Source: Promethearchaeota archaeon (lineage in GTDB: Archaea; Asgardarchaeota; Lokiarchaeia; Sigyniarchaeales; SOKP01). Taken from it: 27,839 nucleotides of DNA. The stretch lies in NCBI GenBank assembly GCA_016839745.1, contig JAEOTS010000071.1, positions 1-27,839 on the forward strand, written 5' to 3'. This document shows, in pieces, positions 17,188 through 26,774 of the stretch (its first letter is position 1; the number at the start of each line of letters is the position of its first letter). The position numbers and the translations under genes are program-made. The notes beneath the pieces were generated by a model. It did not search any database, had not been told where the DNA came from, and saw nothing but the letters and a program-made list of their open reading frames with translations.

Positions 17188-20100
17188 TTAGTTCGATTTT
17201 TTCTTTGATATATCTTTGAGCATTTTCTTAATTTCATCTGCTTTTTCTTTATCTTTCGCTAATTCGAGCTCCATTTTTCGCTTCTCCTCCTCTTTCTTTG
17301 ATTCTGACAGTTCTTTCTTTAGCTCTTCTTTCAAATTAATTAAATCTTTCATATCCCTTTTAAATTGTTTAGAATCTAAAATTACTTTTTCTCTTTCCTG
17401 TTTTTTTTTAGTTTCATCTTGTGCTTTTTTAATTTTGATAAGTTTTGAGACTTCACCAGCTAAATCACCAACTTCTTTAATGGTAACTCTCAATTTACTT
17501 TCAGCTACTTTAATTTGACGTTCTTCCTTTCTTTTTTTAGCATCTAATTCTTCGTGTATTTTTTGGATTTTAATATTATTTTCTCTTACCTGTTGCTCGT
17601 AAAATTTTGTATTTTCTATCTCTTTCTGAATGTACTTCGTTTGTTCACTCCAACCAATCTCATTGAATTTTTGAATCGCGCGGTTAAACTTTGTGTAAGC
17701 TGCCTCAAAATCATATTTCATCGCGAGTTCTTTACCTTCATCTATTAGACTTAAACCCTCCTCCTTAGTTATCGCAGCATATTTTTTATCTTCAAATAAT
17801 TTCTTTAGCTTTTTCTGTTGTTCCTGCTTTTTAATTTCGTATTCCAATTGTTGTTTTTGAATTTGCTGTCGAAATACTTCATATTCTCGTTGTCTTTTAA
17901 TTCTGGTTTCTGCTTCTAACTTTTTCTTCTCTCTATATTCAGCTTTTTCTTGTACTAAATCATTAATTAGTATATTCAAATTATTGATCTCGGGCTCCCA
18001 ACCAATTTTTTCAGCTAAAAAATTTCTAGCTTCTATATATAAAGATATTGCTTTGTCGTAATCAGGCGGTCTTTCTTTAAGAAATTTTGCTCCGTCTTCA
18101 AGAAAAGAATAAGCAGCCTCTCTGTATGTAAGTTGATCTTGGACTGTTCTTTCTCTCTGCTGAAGTGCAATCTGTTGAGCGAACTTTTTCTCCCTTTCTT
18201 GCCTTCGCCTCTCTTCTAATATTGCTTCTAAATTTTTCTCTTCTTTTAGTCTTTCTAGCTCTCTTTTCAATTTTTGTTGTTCTTCTTGTTCTTTCTTTAA
18301 CTTAAGATTGTTAGCCTTTGTTATCATTTCGTTAATTGAATCAATTGGGAATTGGATTTCATTTAGAATTAGCATTGCTTTTCTATAGTTCATTATAGCA
18401 AGTTCAAATTCAGAATTTTTAATATGGCGCTCTGCATCATCTAAGATTTTAAATGCATCTTCTTTTTTCCTATTAATATTTTCAAGTGTTAACGCTCGCT
18501 TTTCTATTTCTATCTGCTTTAATTTTAAACGCTTCTTTTCTTTAATTAAATCTCCAGCAATTTTCTTTTGGAATTCAAACTCTTCTCTTTCTTTTTGAAG
18601 TTTAGTTTCGAGTTCTTTCTGTTTTTGTAATTCATCTCTTCTCTTTTTTTCCTTTACTTTAACGATTTGTTCTTTAATAGAGTATGTAGGATAGTTTATT
18701 TCATATAATACCAGTTCTACACTTTTATAATATTCAAGGGCTTTATCGTAATTTCCTTGGTTTACTAAATTATCAGCTTCATCAAATAATTCAAAAGCCA
18801 CTTCTTTACGTTTTTCTAAATATGCTTTTAATTCCTCTTGTTTTTTAAGTTCGATTTGTTTAGCTCGCATTTTTTCGTCCTCAAGTTTCATTTTATTTGT
18901 AATTGTTTGTAGGAATTGTTTTTCTTCTTCTTCTTTTCTAAGTTTAGCTTCTAACTCTTGTTGTTTTGCTAAATCTGCTCTTCTCTTCTTTTCTTGTATT
19001 TTACTTATTGCATCTTTAATAATATCTGTTGGAAATTGGATTTGAATTAAAATTATCTCTGCTTGATAATAATTATCAATAGCTTGTTCATATTTCCCCT
19101 GTTTTAATAACTCTTCTGCATTATCAATTATTCTAAAAGCTTCTTCTTTTCGTGTTTCCGTCATTTGTCTTATTTCGTCTCTTTTAAGAAGCTCAACTTT
19201 CTTTGCTATCATCCTCTCTTTCTCTTTTTGGAGGTTCTTGGCTATCTCTTGCTCGAAATCTCTTTCTTCCTCTAAGTGTTTTCTTAAGTTTGCCTTTTCT
19301 CGAAGAATTCTTTGCTCTCTCTCTTTCTTTTTGAATTGCACACTCTGAATCGAATCTTCTAATAAAGTAATGTAATTACCTGTCCATCCAATATCTTTTA
19401 AGACATTAAGAGCCTTCTGGTATGCTCCTACGGCTTCTTCAAAATTATCTTGTCTTAAATTTTCATCTGCTTCTTCAATTATCTTAAATGCACTATTCTG
19501 AAGTTCAAGATTTTGTGCACTAATCTCCCTCTTTTGTTCTAACGATTCCTTTTTCATCTGGATTTTGAGTTTTTCTCTTTCTCGTTGATCTTTAATATTA
19601 TTAAGAAATTTTCTATGCTCTGCTTCTTCTTTTATTATCTGTTGAAACTCTCTTTGCTTTCGAAATTCTTCCTCTTTCCTTTTATTTTCAATTTGATTAA
19701 TAGTTTGATTGATTAATGGTATTTCTTCCAACCATTGAATTTGTGCGAAAATACCGTTGACTTCGCGATATTTTTCAATAGCAAGACCGAATTTTCCTAA
19801 TGAAAGATAGTTTTGAGCTTCATCTAATGTTTTAAAAGCCTCTTGTTTTTGGGTTTCCCTAAACGATATTTCTTCTTCACGCTTCTTTTTAGCTAATTCT
19901 CTCTGTTTTAATTTCTCTTTCTTTATTTTCATTTCACTAATTATTTTCTCCTGAAACTCTCTGTCATCCCTTTCTCTTTTGATTAAGTTTTCAATTTCTC
20001 TCTGTTTTTTAATTTTAGCATTACGTTTCTTATTTTCAATTTCAATAATAGCATTACCAATTCTTTCCATTTCATCATACCACTGTATACTTGCAAAAAT

Positions 20101-22119
20101 ATTAGTAACATCTTGATATATTTCTAGAGTTTTTTCATAATCTCCCTTTTCAAGGAACTTTTGCGCCTCGTCTAATTTTTTAAAAGCTTCTTCTTTTCTA
20201 TTCTCTCGGTATTCTAATTCCGCTTTTTGGTCTCTTAATACTACCTCTCTCTTTCTCAATCTCTCTCGTTCTTGTTGAAGTTGTTTAGACATTTGTTCTT
20301 GGAACTGTTGTTCTGTTTTATATCTCTCAATGGATTTCTGCATTTCTTTTTGACTTGCTATCGATTGTTCTTTCTTCCGAATTTCAAGTCCTCTTATGGA
20401 ATTTTCGATTAAATGTAATTCATCATTCCATTGGATACTTGCAAAAATATTGCCGGCCATTTGATAAGATAATATTGCTTTATCTAAATCAGATCGTTTA
20501 ATATAATCCTCTGCTGCGTCTAAAGCTTTAAAGGCTTCTTCTTTTTGCTTTTCTCTGTATTCAATCTCATCTCTTCTTATTTGTAAAGTACTTTCCCTTT
20601 GTTTTATTTTTTCTCTTTCTTTAGCTAATTGGATAGATGTTTGCTGTTGAAATTCTAAATCTGACTTTCTACGTTGTTCTAATTTCTTTTGATCCTCCAG
20701 TTCTTTTTCTATTTGAGTTTCTTGTAATTTTTTTATGCTTGAAATTGTATTTTTAATCGTAGTAGCATGTGATTCCCAACCAGCTCCTAATTCTGTGAGA
20801 AGATCTAATGCTGCTGTATATTTTTTAGTAGCTCCAGAAAAGTCGCGATTTTCTTTTAATAAATTATCAGCCTCATCTAAAACTGTAAAAAATTGCTCTT
20901 CTCTTCTTGCTTCTTCTCTCCTTTTTTGTTCGTACTCTAATCTTTTCTGATCTAATTCCCTGGCAGTTTGTATTATTTCTTCTCTTTCTTTTAAATAAAT
21001 TGTATCTTGAAGATTTTTAAGCTCGCTTTCTCTTTTCTGGGCAAATTCTTCAGCTTTCTCTTCATTTTCCTGCTTCTCTTTTATATTTTTGATAAAATTT
21101 TTGACGGGCTGAATGTATGAATCCCATTCTATGGATTTAAATAATTTTATCGCTTTTTCAAAATTGGTTATAGCTTGTTCGTATTTTTTTTCTCGCTCCA
21201 ACTTCTTTCCGATATCAACCAAGTTAAACGCTGCAAATTGTTTATTTTCTTCGTCTCTTTTTACTTCTTCTATATCAATATGTGCTTCTTTCCTTTTTTC
21301 TTCTATAATTGTAGGTTCTGCTAGCTTTTGCTCTTTGAATTTTTCATACTCAATTTTTTCTTTTTTCAATTTGTTAATTATTTGGGTAATGTTCTGAGTT
21401 TGATCTTGCCATCCTATTGATTCTAATAAATTCACAGCATTTTCGTAATTTTCTATCGCTTTGTCAAATTTTTTATCCTTTTCAAAGAATTTAGCATTGT
21501 CAATGAAAGTAAAAGCTTCGTTTTGAGTTCTTTCTTCTTGCTCTTTCATTTCTCTATACTTTTTTAATTCTTCTTCTTTTGCAGCGCTCTTTTTTTCTCC
21601 AAACACACTTAAAACCTGAGGTTCAGCATTTATAGAAAGAGGTGTAGATTGTTGGGTTTCACTATCACTTTGTTCTTTAACTAATTTTCTCTGTTCTATC
21701 TTTTCTGCAATGACAGTTAATTTTGTGGCTAAATTCTCCAATTGAGCTTCAGACCACCCTGCTTGAACCAATAATCTGATAGCTGACATATATTGATTAA
21801 TAGCATCTTCTAAAAATCCATCAGATTCTAGTTTTTGAGCTCCATCTAATAAGGAAAACGCTTGATCTTGTATTTGATCAACTTGACTTTTTGCACTAGC
21901 TTGATTGTAGATCACCTCTTGTTTAGCTAATTCTTTTAACTCTTCAATTCTAGAATAAATATCGCTAATTTTATTTATCAAATATCCACTGCTTTTAAGA
22001 TAATCAGCAGCTAACTGATAACTCTCTACAGCTTTTCCAAAATTCCTCTCTACTTCAAAATTCTGAGCTAAAGTCAGATATTTTAAAGCTTCTTGAGCTA
22101 ATTCTTCTTTTCCCTCCAT
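17188..22119 (-). CDS. giant (1643 aa) repeat protein: 14 MIT/TPR-like helical modules joined by E/K/R/Q-rich helices
   Basis: Recurrent (E/Q)AFxxLDxAxxxxxxxxYxxAIxxYxxAxxxFxxIxW motif counted 14 times; 116-aa (348-nt) period in the middle; SD GAGGAG upstream. Confidence 0.85.
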   Translation of the reverse strand: MEGKEELAQEALKYLTLAQNFEVERNFGKAVESYQLAADYLKSSGYLINKISDIYSRIEELKELAKQEVIYNQASAKSQVDQIQDQAFSLLDGAQKLESDGFLEDAINQYMSAIRLLVQAGWSEAQLENLATKLTVIAEKIEQRKLVKEQSDSETQQSTPLSINAEPQVLSVFGEKKSAAKEEELKKYREMKEQEERTQNEAFTFIDNAKFFEKDKKFDKAIENYENAVNLLESIGWQDQTQNITQIINKLKKEKIEYEKFKEQKLAEPTIIEEKRKEAHIDIEEVKRDEENKQFAAFNLVDIGKKLEREKKYEQAITNFEKAIKLFKSIEWDSYIQPVKNFIKNIKEKQENEEKAEEFAQKRESELKNLQDTIYLKEREEIIQTARELDQKRLEYEQKRREEARREEQFFTVLDEADNLLKENRDFSGATKKYTAALDLLTELGAGWESHATTIKNTISSIKKLQETQIEKELEDQKKLEQRRKSDLEFQQQTSIQLAKEREKIKQRESTLQIRRDEIEYREKQKEEAFKALDAAEDYIKRSDLDKAILSYQMAGNIFASIQWNDELHLIENSIRGLEIRKKEQSIASQKEMQKSIERYKTEQQFQEQMSKQLQQERERLRKREVVLRDQKAELEYRENRKEEAFKKLDEAQKFLEKGDYEKTLEIYQDVTNIFASIQWYDEMERIGNAIIEIENKKRNAKIKKQREIENLIKRERDDREFQEKIISEMKIKKEKLKQRELAKKKREEEISFRETQKQEAFKTLDEAQNYLSLGKFGLAIEKYREVNGIFAQIQWLEEIPLINQTINQIENKRKEEEFRKQREFQQIIKEEAEHRKFLNNIKDQREREKLKIQMKKESLEQKREISAQNLELQNSAFKIIEEADENLRQDNFEEAVGAYQKALNVLKDIGWTGNYITLLEDSIQSVQFKKKEREQRILREKANLRKHLEEERDFEQEIAKNLQKEKERMIAKKVELLKRDEIRQMTETRKEEAFRIIDNAEELLKQGKYEQAIDNYYQAEIILIQIQFPTDIIKDAISKIQEKKRRADLAKQQELEAKLRKEEEEKQFLQTITNKMKLEDEKMRAKQIELKKQEELKAYLEKRKEVAFELFDEADNLVNQGNYDKALEYYKSVELVLYEINYPTYSIKEQIVKVKEKKRRDELQKQKELETKLQKEREEFEFQKKIAGDLIKEKKRLKLKQIEIEKRALTLENINRKKEDAFKILDDAERHIKNSEFELAIMNYRKAMLILNEIQFPIDSINEMITKANNLKLKKEQEEQQKLKRELERLKEEKNLEAILEERRRQEREKKFAQQIALQQRERTVQDQLTYREAAYSFLEDGAKFLKERPPDYDKAISLYIEARNFLAEKIGWEPEINNLNILINDLVQEKAEYREKKKLEAETRIKRQREYEVFRQQIQKQQLEYEIKKQEQQKKLKKLFEDKKYAAITKEEGLSLIDEGKELAMKYDFEAAYTKFNRAIQKFNEIGWSEQTKYIQKEIENTKFYEQQVRENNIKIQKIHEELDAKKRKEERQIKVAESKLRVTIKEVGDLAGEVSKLIKIKKAQDETKKKQEREKVILDSKQFKRDMKDLINLKEELKKELSESKKEEEKRKMELELAKDKEKADEIKKMLKDISKKKSN

Positions 22120-22339
22120 TTTAATTTAAACTCCTCATTTAATAGTTGAAATATGGAATAAGGGTTAAGTGAAATTATTCTTACTTCTTACAATAAATTA
22201 AACCGATTTATTAATTAAACTTTTTATATTTTAATGATTACCCTTACTAATAAAACCTAACGGTTAAAAGTCATTTTCGTAATATTATTAATATTTTAAC
22301 TTCATTTCAATTTTTAATATATGTTATAAAGAGCAACTA

Positions 22340-24307
22340 ATGATGAGTAATAATTCTAGAATTATTATTGATTTCGAACCTATCTCAAGAAGATTGCACT
22401 ATTACAAAAATGAGACTATTTACCAATTGTTAGTGGATTCAGGTATCCGTGTAAGATCACTATGTGGTGGTCTTGGAACGTGTGGGAAGTGTAAGCTATT
22501 AGTCCAACAAGGAAACAAGCATTTTAATCCTCCCACTGATTCTGAAAAGAAGCGATTAACAAAGGAAGAGATTAGTGAAAACTACCGATTAGCATGCCAA
22601 TGTTATATTGCTGAAGATCAATTTGATCTCATTAAAAAGCATCCGCAACCTCAAATTAGAGTATTTCTACCTCAAGAATTTGTACTTGAAGATTTTAAGA
22701 TTTTGACTTCTGGTATAAATAAAGGCATTAACCTAAATCCGAATGTTAAGAAAGTTTTTATTGAAGTTGATAAACCAAATTTAAAAACTCCTATTCCTGA
22801 TTTAGAAAGGATTATATCAGCCCTCATTTCTACAACCGAAATTAATAAAGATCAATTCGAACCTTCATTTGAATATGAAACTTTAAAAAAAATACCTTTA
22901 GCCTTAAGAAAAGATAACCATCATATTACTTTAACTCTGTATGAGGATAATAAAATTATTGACTGCGAAGCGGGAAATAAAGTTGCAAATAATTTTGGAA
23001 TTGCATTTGACATTGGAACTACAACACTAGTCGGCTATTTACTAAACTTAAGCAATGGAAAAATATATTCGATTGCATCAGCTCTTAACCCACAAACTGC
23101 ATTTGGCGAAGATGTTGTTTCCCGTATTACATATATTAAAAACAACAAGAAAAGGCTCCTAAAGTTAAATAATGTCGTTTTAGACGCTTTAAATGTAATT
23201 ATCAATGAAACATGTGCTGAAGCTAAAATTTCGCCATCTCAAATATATGAAGCCACATTTGTTGGGAATTCCGTTATGCACCATATCTTCCTAAATATTG
23301 ATCCAACTTATATCGGTTTAAGCCCTTATGTACCCGCATTTAAGAAAGATTTGAATGTACAAGCCAAAGACATAAATATTAAAATCAATCGCGGAGGTTA
23401 TGCATATGTACTTCCTTTGATTGCTGGATATGTTGGAGCAGACACAATGGGGGTAATCTTATCATCAGAAATCGATAACGAATCAGATTTAACTTTAGCT
23501 ATTGATGTAGGAACAAATGGTGAGATCATTATAGGAAATACGGATGTTCTTGCCACAGGTTCTTGCGCAGCAGGTTCTGCCCTAGAAGGGGCTCATATAA
23601 ACGACGGAATGCGGGCAGCAGCGGGGGCGATTGACACTCTTAAGATTGATCCTACGGATTTAAGTGTCAGATATACAACAATCAACAGTAAGAAACCAAT
23701 AGGGATTTGTGGTTCCGGAATAATTGACGCTGTAGCAGAAATGTTGAAATCAAAAATTATTACCAGAAGTGGGGGTTTTAATAAAAAATTTATAGATCAC
23801 GAGAGTATTATCAAAAATAATAAGAATATCGAGTTTATCTTAGTAAAAAAAGATCAAACTTCAATTAAAAGAGATATTACAATTTCTCAGAACGATATAA
23901 GAGAGTTACAAATGGCGAAAGCAGCATTTTATTCTGGTGCTCGTATAATTTTAAACCATTTGAATCAAGCAAATGAATATGAGCTCAAAATTAAACAGAT
24001 ATATTTAGCTGGAGCTTTTGGAAATTATATCAATAAAAGTAATGCTAAATTCATTGGCATGATTCCCGATATTCCTGACGAATTTATATATCAAATTGGA
24101 AATGCTGCAGGAATTGGAGCTCAAAATTGCTTATTAAATATTGCACTAAGAGATAAAGCCCGAGAATTAAGCGAAAAAATAGAATATATTGAAATCGCTA
24201 TAGCACAAGAATTCCAAAAGGAATACGCACAAGCGATGTATTTTCCACATCTAAATCTAGAACATTTTCCTAGTTTAACAGAATATAACGATATTTTAAA
24301 AAGGTAA
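22340..24307 (+). CDS. RACo/RamA-type ATP-dependent reductive activator of corrinoid proteins (2Fe-2S plus ASKHA, DUF4445)
   Basis: CGGLGTCGKC...RLACQ 2Fe-2S motif; DIGTTT, GEDVVSRI, DVGTNGE, SCAAGSALEG, GICGSG, LAGAFG. Confidence 0.9.
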   Translation: MMSNNSRIIIDFEPISRRLHYYKNETIYQLLVDSGIRVRSLCGGLGTCGKCKLLVQQGNKHFNPPTDSEKKRLTKEEISENYRLACQCYIAEDQFDLIKKHPQPQIRVFLPQEFVLEDFKILTSGINKGINLNPNVKKVFIEVDKPNLKTPIPDLERIISALISTTEINKDQFEPSFEYETLKKIPLALRKDNHHITLTLYEDNKIIDCEAGNKVANNFGIAFDIGTTTLVGYLLNLSNGKIYSIASALNPQTAFGEDVVSRITYIKNNKKRLLKLNNVVLDALNVIINETCAEAKISPSQIYEATFVGNSVMHHIFLNIDPTYIGLSPYVPAFKKDLNVQAKDINIKINRGGYAYVLPLIAGYVGADTMGVILSSEIDNESDLTLAIDVGTNGEIIIGNTDVLATGSCAAGSALEGAHINDGMRAAAGAIDTLKIDPTDLSVRYTTINSKKPIGICGSGIIDAVAEMLKSKIITRSGGFNKKFIDHESIIKNNKNIEFILVKKDQTSIKRDITISQNDIRELQMAKAAFYSGARIILNHLNQANEYELKIKQIYLAGAFGNYINKSNAKFIGMIPDIPDEFIYQIGNAAGIGAQNCLLNIALRDKARELSEKIEYIEIAIAQEFQKEYAQAMYFPHLNLEHFPSLTEYNDILKR

Positions 24308-24606
24308 GTTACCTTCTTTATCGCATTTTCTTTACCCAAATACAGAAAATAGTGCAAAATTAGATAAAGTAAACAGAAATTTTTATAGAATTTAAGGTAA
24401 ATAACAGAAACCTTTAATATTATATATATCATCATTGAAAAAGAGTATAAAAGTATTTAAGAGATAAATATATTAAATTTTTATCAGAAACTGTATTAAC
24501 TTTTTAAAAAGAAATAAATAAATAGAATTTAATAATAAAGATAATATCTTATATTCAATTGAAATTTTTAAAAATAATAGAATATTATTCAAGGTAGAGG
24601 TCTTCT

Positions 24607-25134
24607 ATGTCGAGTTTTAAGTTAAAAGTTTTACTTACGGGAGCTGCCGCTGTTGGAAAAACGAGTCTCGTCCAAAGGTTTATCAAAAACCGATTTGCAG
24701 CGAACTATAAGTTAACCGTCGGAGTTGACATATTAACAAAAGATGTAGAGTTTAAGCCCGGGGAAGTCGCAACTCTATCGATCTGGGATATTGGCGGACA
24801 ACAGCGATTCGAGTTCATCCGATCGACATTTTACAAGGGAGCTGCTGGCGCTTTGTTAGTCTTTGACTTAACAAGGGAGCAAACCTACATTGAAACAAGG
24901 AAGTGGCTTACAGAAATCCGACAATTCAGTAATGAGAGCATCCCTTTTGTATTGATCGGAAATAAATTAGATCTACTCGAAGATGTAGGAGAAGTTATTG
25001 ATCGAGAAGAAGCTCGAGCTTTTGCTGAAAAGGAAGGCAGTATTTACATAGAGACTTCAGCTAAAACAGGGATTAATGTAGATGATTCCTTTACTGAACT
25101 TACTCGAAGAATAATCGAATCAAGAAGCCAGTAG
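24607..25134 (+). CDS. Rab-like small GTPase (Ras superfamily)
   Basis: G1 GAAAVGKT, G2 YKLTVGVD, G3 WDIGGQ, G4 NKLD, G5 ETSAK; RabF-like RFEFI, FYKGA, LVFDLT; no C-terminal Cys. Confidence 0.93.
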   Translation: MSSFKLKVLLTGAAAVGKTSLVQRFIKNRFAANYKLTVGVDILTKDVEFKPGEVATLSIWDIGGQQRFEFIRSTFYKGAAGALLVFDLTREQTYIETRKWLTEIRQFSNESIPFVLIGNKLDLLEDVGEVIDREEARAFAEKEGSIYIETSAKTGINVDDSFTELTRRIIESRSQ

Positions 25135-25197
25135 ATTTAAAATTGACTTTTTCTGATTGTTATTATTTGTAGCAATATTCATTTTACCTAAATATTT

Positions 25198-26625
25198 TTA
25201 TCCTTGTTCAAATTCTTCGCATAAATCATCGTGAATGATGTTAATGGCAATAAGGACATCCTTTCTATCAATAACTAATGAAAGGTTCAGTTCTTCAGTG
25301 CTTTGAGTTATTGCTTTTACAAGAATATTTTTTTTATCTAATCCTTGAAAAATTTTGGCTTTAGTTAAGTTTTCTAATATTTTAAAACCGGTGATATTGA
25401 TAATTGCTACCTCTTCAGATTTAATTTCAAAAAAATCAGAAAAATATCCCGAATTGTATAAAGCTTCAACTGCTTTCTTGGATTCGTTTTCTTTTACAAT
25501 AAATGATGTACTAATTTCAGAAGCACTTTGAGCTACCAAGGAGACACTTATACTATTTTTACTCATAACTTTAAAAATTTTTGCTAAAACTCCTGGAACA
25601 TCAACTAAACTACCTGAAGCAACGGTAATGATTACAGCATCTTCTACTGTTGAAATACCTTTGATCTCGTTTTTATCTGTGTGCTCTGAAATTTCGGTAA
25701 ACTCTATTTTTTCCAAAGGTTTGTCAAAATTTCTTAGTTCTAAAGGTATATTTTTTTTCTCGATTGCTTCGAGGCACTTTGGATGGAGTATTTTAGCTCC
25801 AAAATTGGCTATATGCTTAGCTTCTTTGTAATCTAAATTTCTAATAAGGGTTGATTTTGGAACGAATTTTGGATTTATGGTCATTAATCCATCTACATCC
25901 TTCCACAATATAACTTTAATATCTTTATCTTCTGCTGTTTCAGATATCGAATGGGCGAGAATTGTGGCTGAGTAATCGGAACCACCTCTCCCTAAAGTGG
26001 TAGTATATCCGATTTTGTTTCTTCCAATGAATCCCGTTATACATATAATTATATCTTTTTTAGGATTTTCTAGGAGAGGTAACAATAACTTTTGCACTCG
26101 CTGGTTTGTAAATTCATAAAAAGGATAAGCGTTGTTAAATTCGTCATTAGTTATAATCAGCTTATTTGCGGGAATATATACAGAATCCAACCCTTTACTT
26201 AAGATATATTGATTTAAAATATAGGTTGATAGAATTTCCCCAAAACTTAAAACATAATCTTGGTAATACGGTTCCATTCCAAATTCTTTAATATCAGAAA
26301 AAGTATCTTCTAATTCGCTAAGTTTCTCGTCAACCCAAATTTTAGCTTTAAAATAATGCTCTGAATCCTCGTCGAAGATTTGTTCTATAGCATTAAAATG
26401 TTTTTTTTCTAAAATTGCCATATTATCATCAAGAACTCTTGAATCGTTGACGTTGTGAGCTGTATTTAGTAGTAAATCTGTTATCCCATTAAATGCTGAG
26501 GCGACAATTATTTTTTTATCATTTTTATATATATTTAAAATTTCGAGGATTTTATTAAAAGCACTCTTGTCTATTAAACAGCTTCCACCAAATTTCATTA
26601 TTACAGTTGGAGTCAAAACATACAC
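25198..26625 (-). CDS. lysC: aspartate kinase with two ACT domains (likely start TTG 26616)
   Basis: MKFGGS, VASA..GITD.L, SFGE, TTLGRGGSDYSA, WKDVDG, FGAKILHP, ACT-like VPGVLAKIF. Confidence 0.92.
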   Translation of the reverse strand: MYVLTPTVIMKFGGSCLIDKSAFNKILEILNIYKNDKKIIVASAFNGITDLLLNTAHNVNDSRVLDDNMAILEKKHFNAIEQIFDEDSEHYFKAKIWVDEKLSELEDTFSDIKEFGMEPYYQDYVLSFGEILSTYILNQYILSKGLDSVYIPANKLIITNDEFNNAYPFYEFTNQRVQKLLLPLLENPKKDIIICITGFIGRNKIGYTTTLGRGGSDYSATILAHSISETAEDKDIKVILWKDVDGLMTINPKFVPKSTLIRNLDYKEAKHIANFGAKILHPKCLEAIEKKNIPLELRNFDKPLEKIEFTEISEHTDKNEIKGISTVEDAVIITVASGSLVDVPGVLAKIFKVMSKNSISVSLVAQSASEISTSFIVKENESKKAVEALYNSGYFSDFFEIKSEEVAIINITGFKILENLTKAKIFQGLDKKNILVKAITQSTEELNLSLVIDRKDVLIAINIIHDDLCEEFEQG

Positions 26626-26774
26626 CTAATAAACATATTTTCTTAAGTAAACTTAACTCTTTAAACTCTTTAAAGGAAAAATAAATAAAAAATCTTTTTA
26701 CCGAGTAAAGAATATTTCTCCTTCTCTTTAGGAACTTAAATCTAAATCTATTCTTAAGAAGAACGGTAATTTTC

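Noticed and set aside
17216-21397. Four Ser/Phe/Leu-rich + strand ORFs
   Set aside because: Mirror translations of the E/K-rich giant gene.
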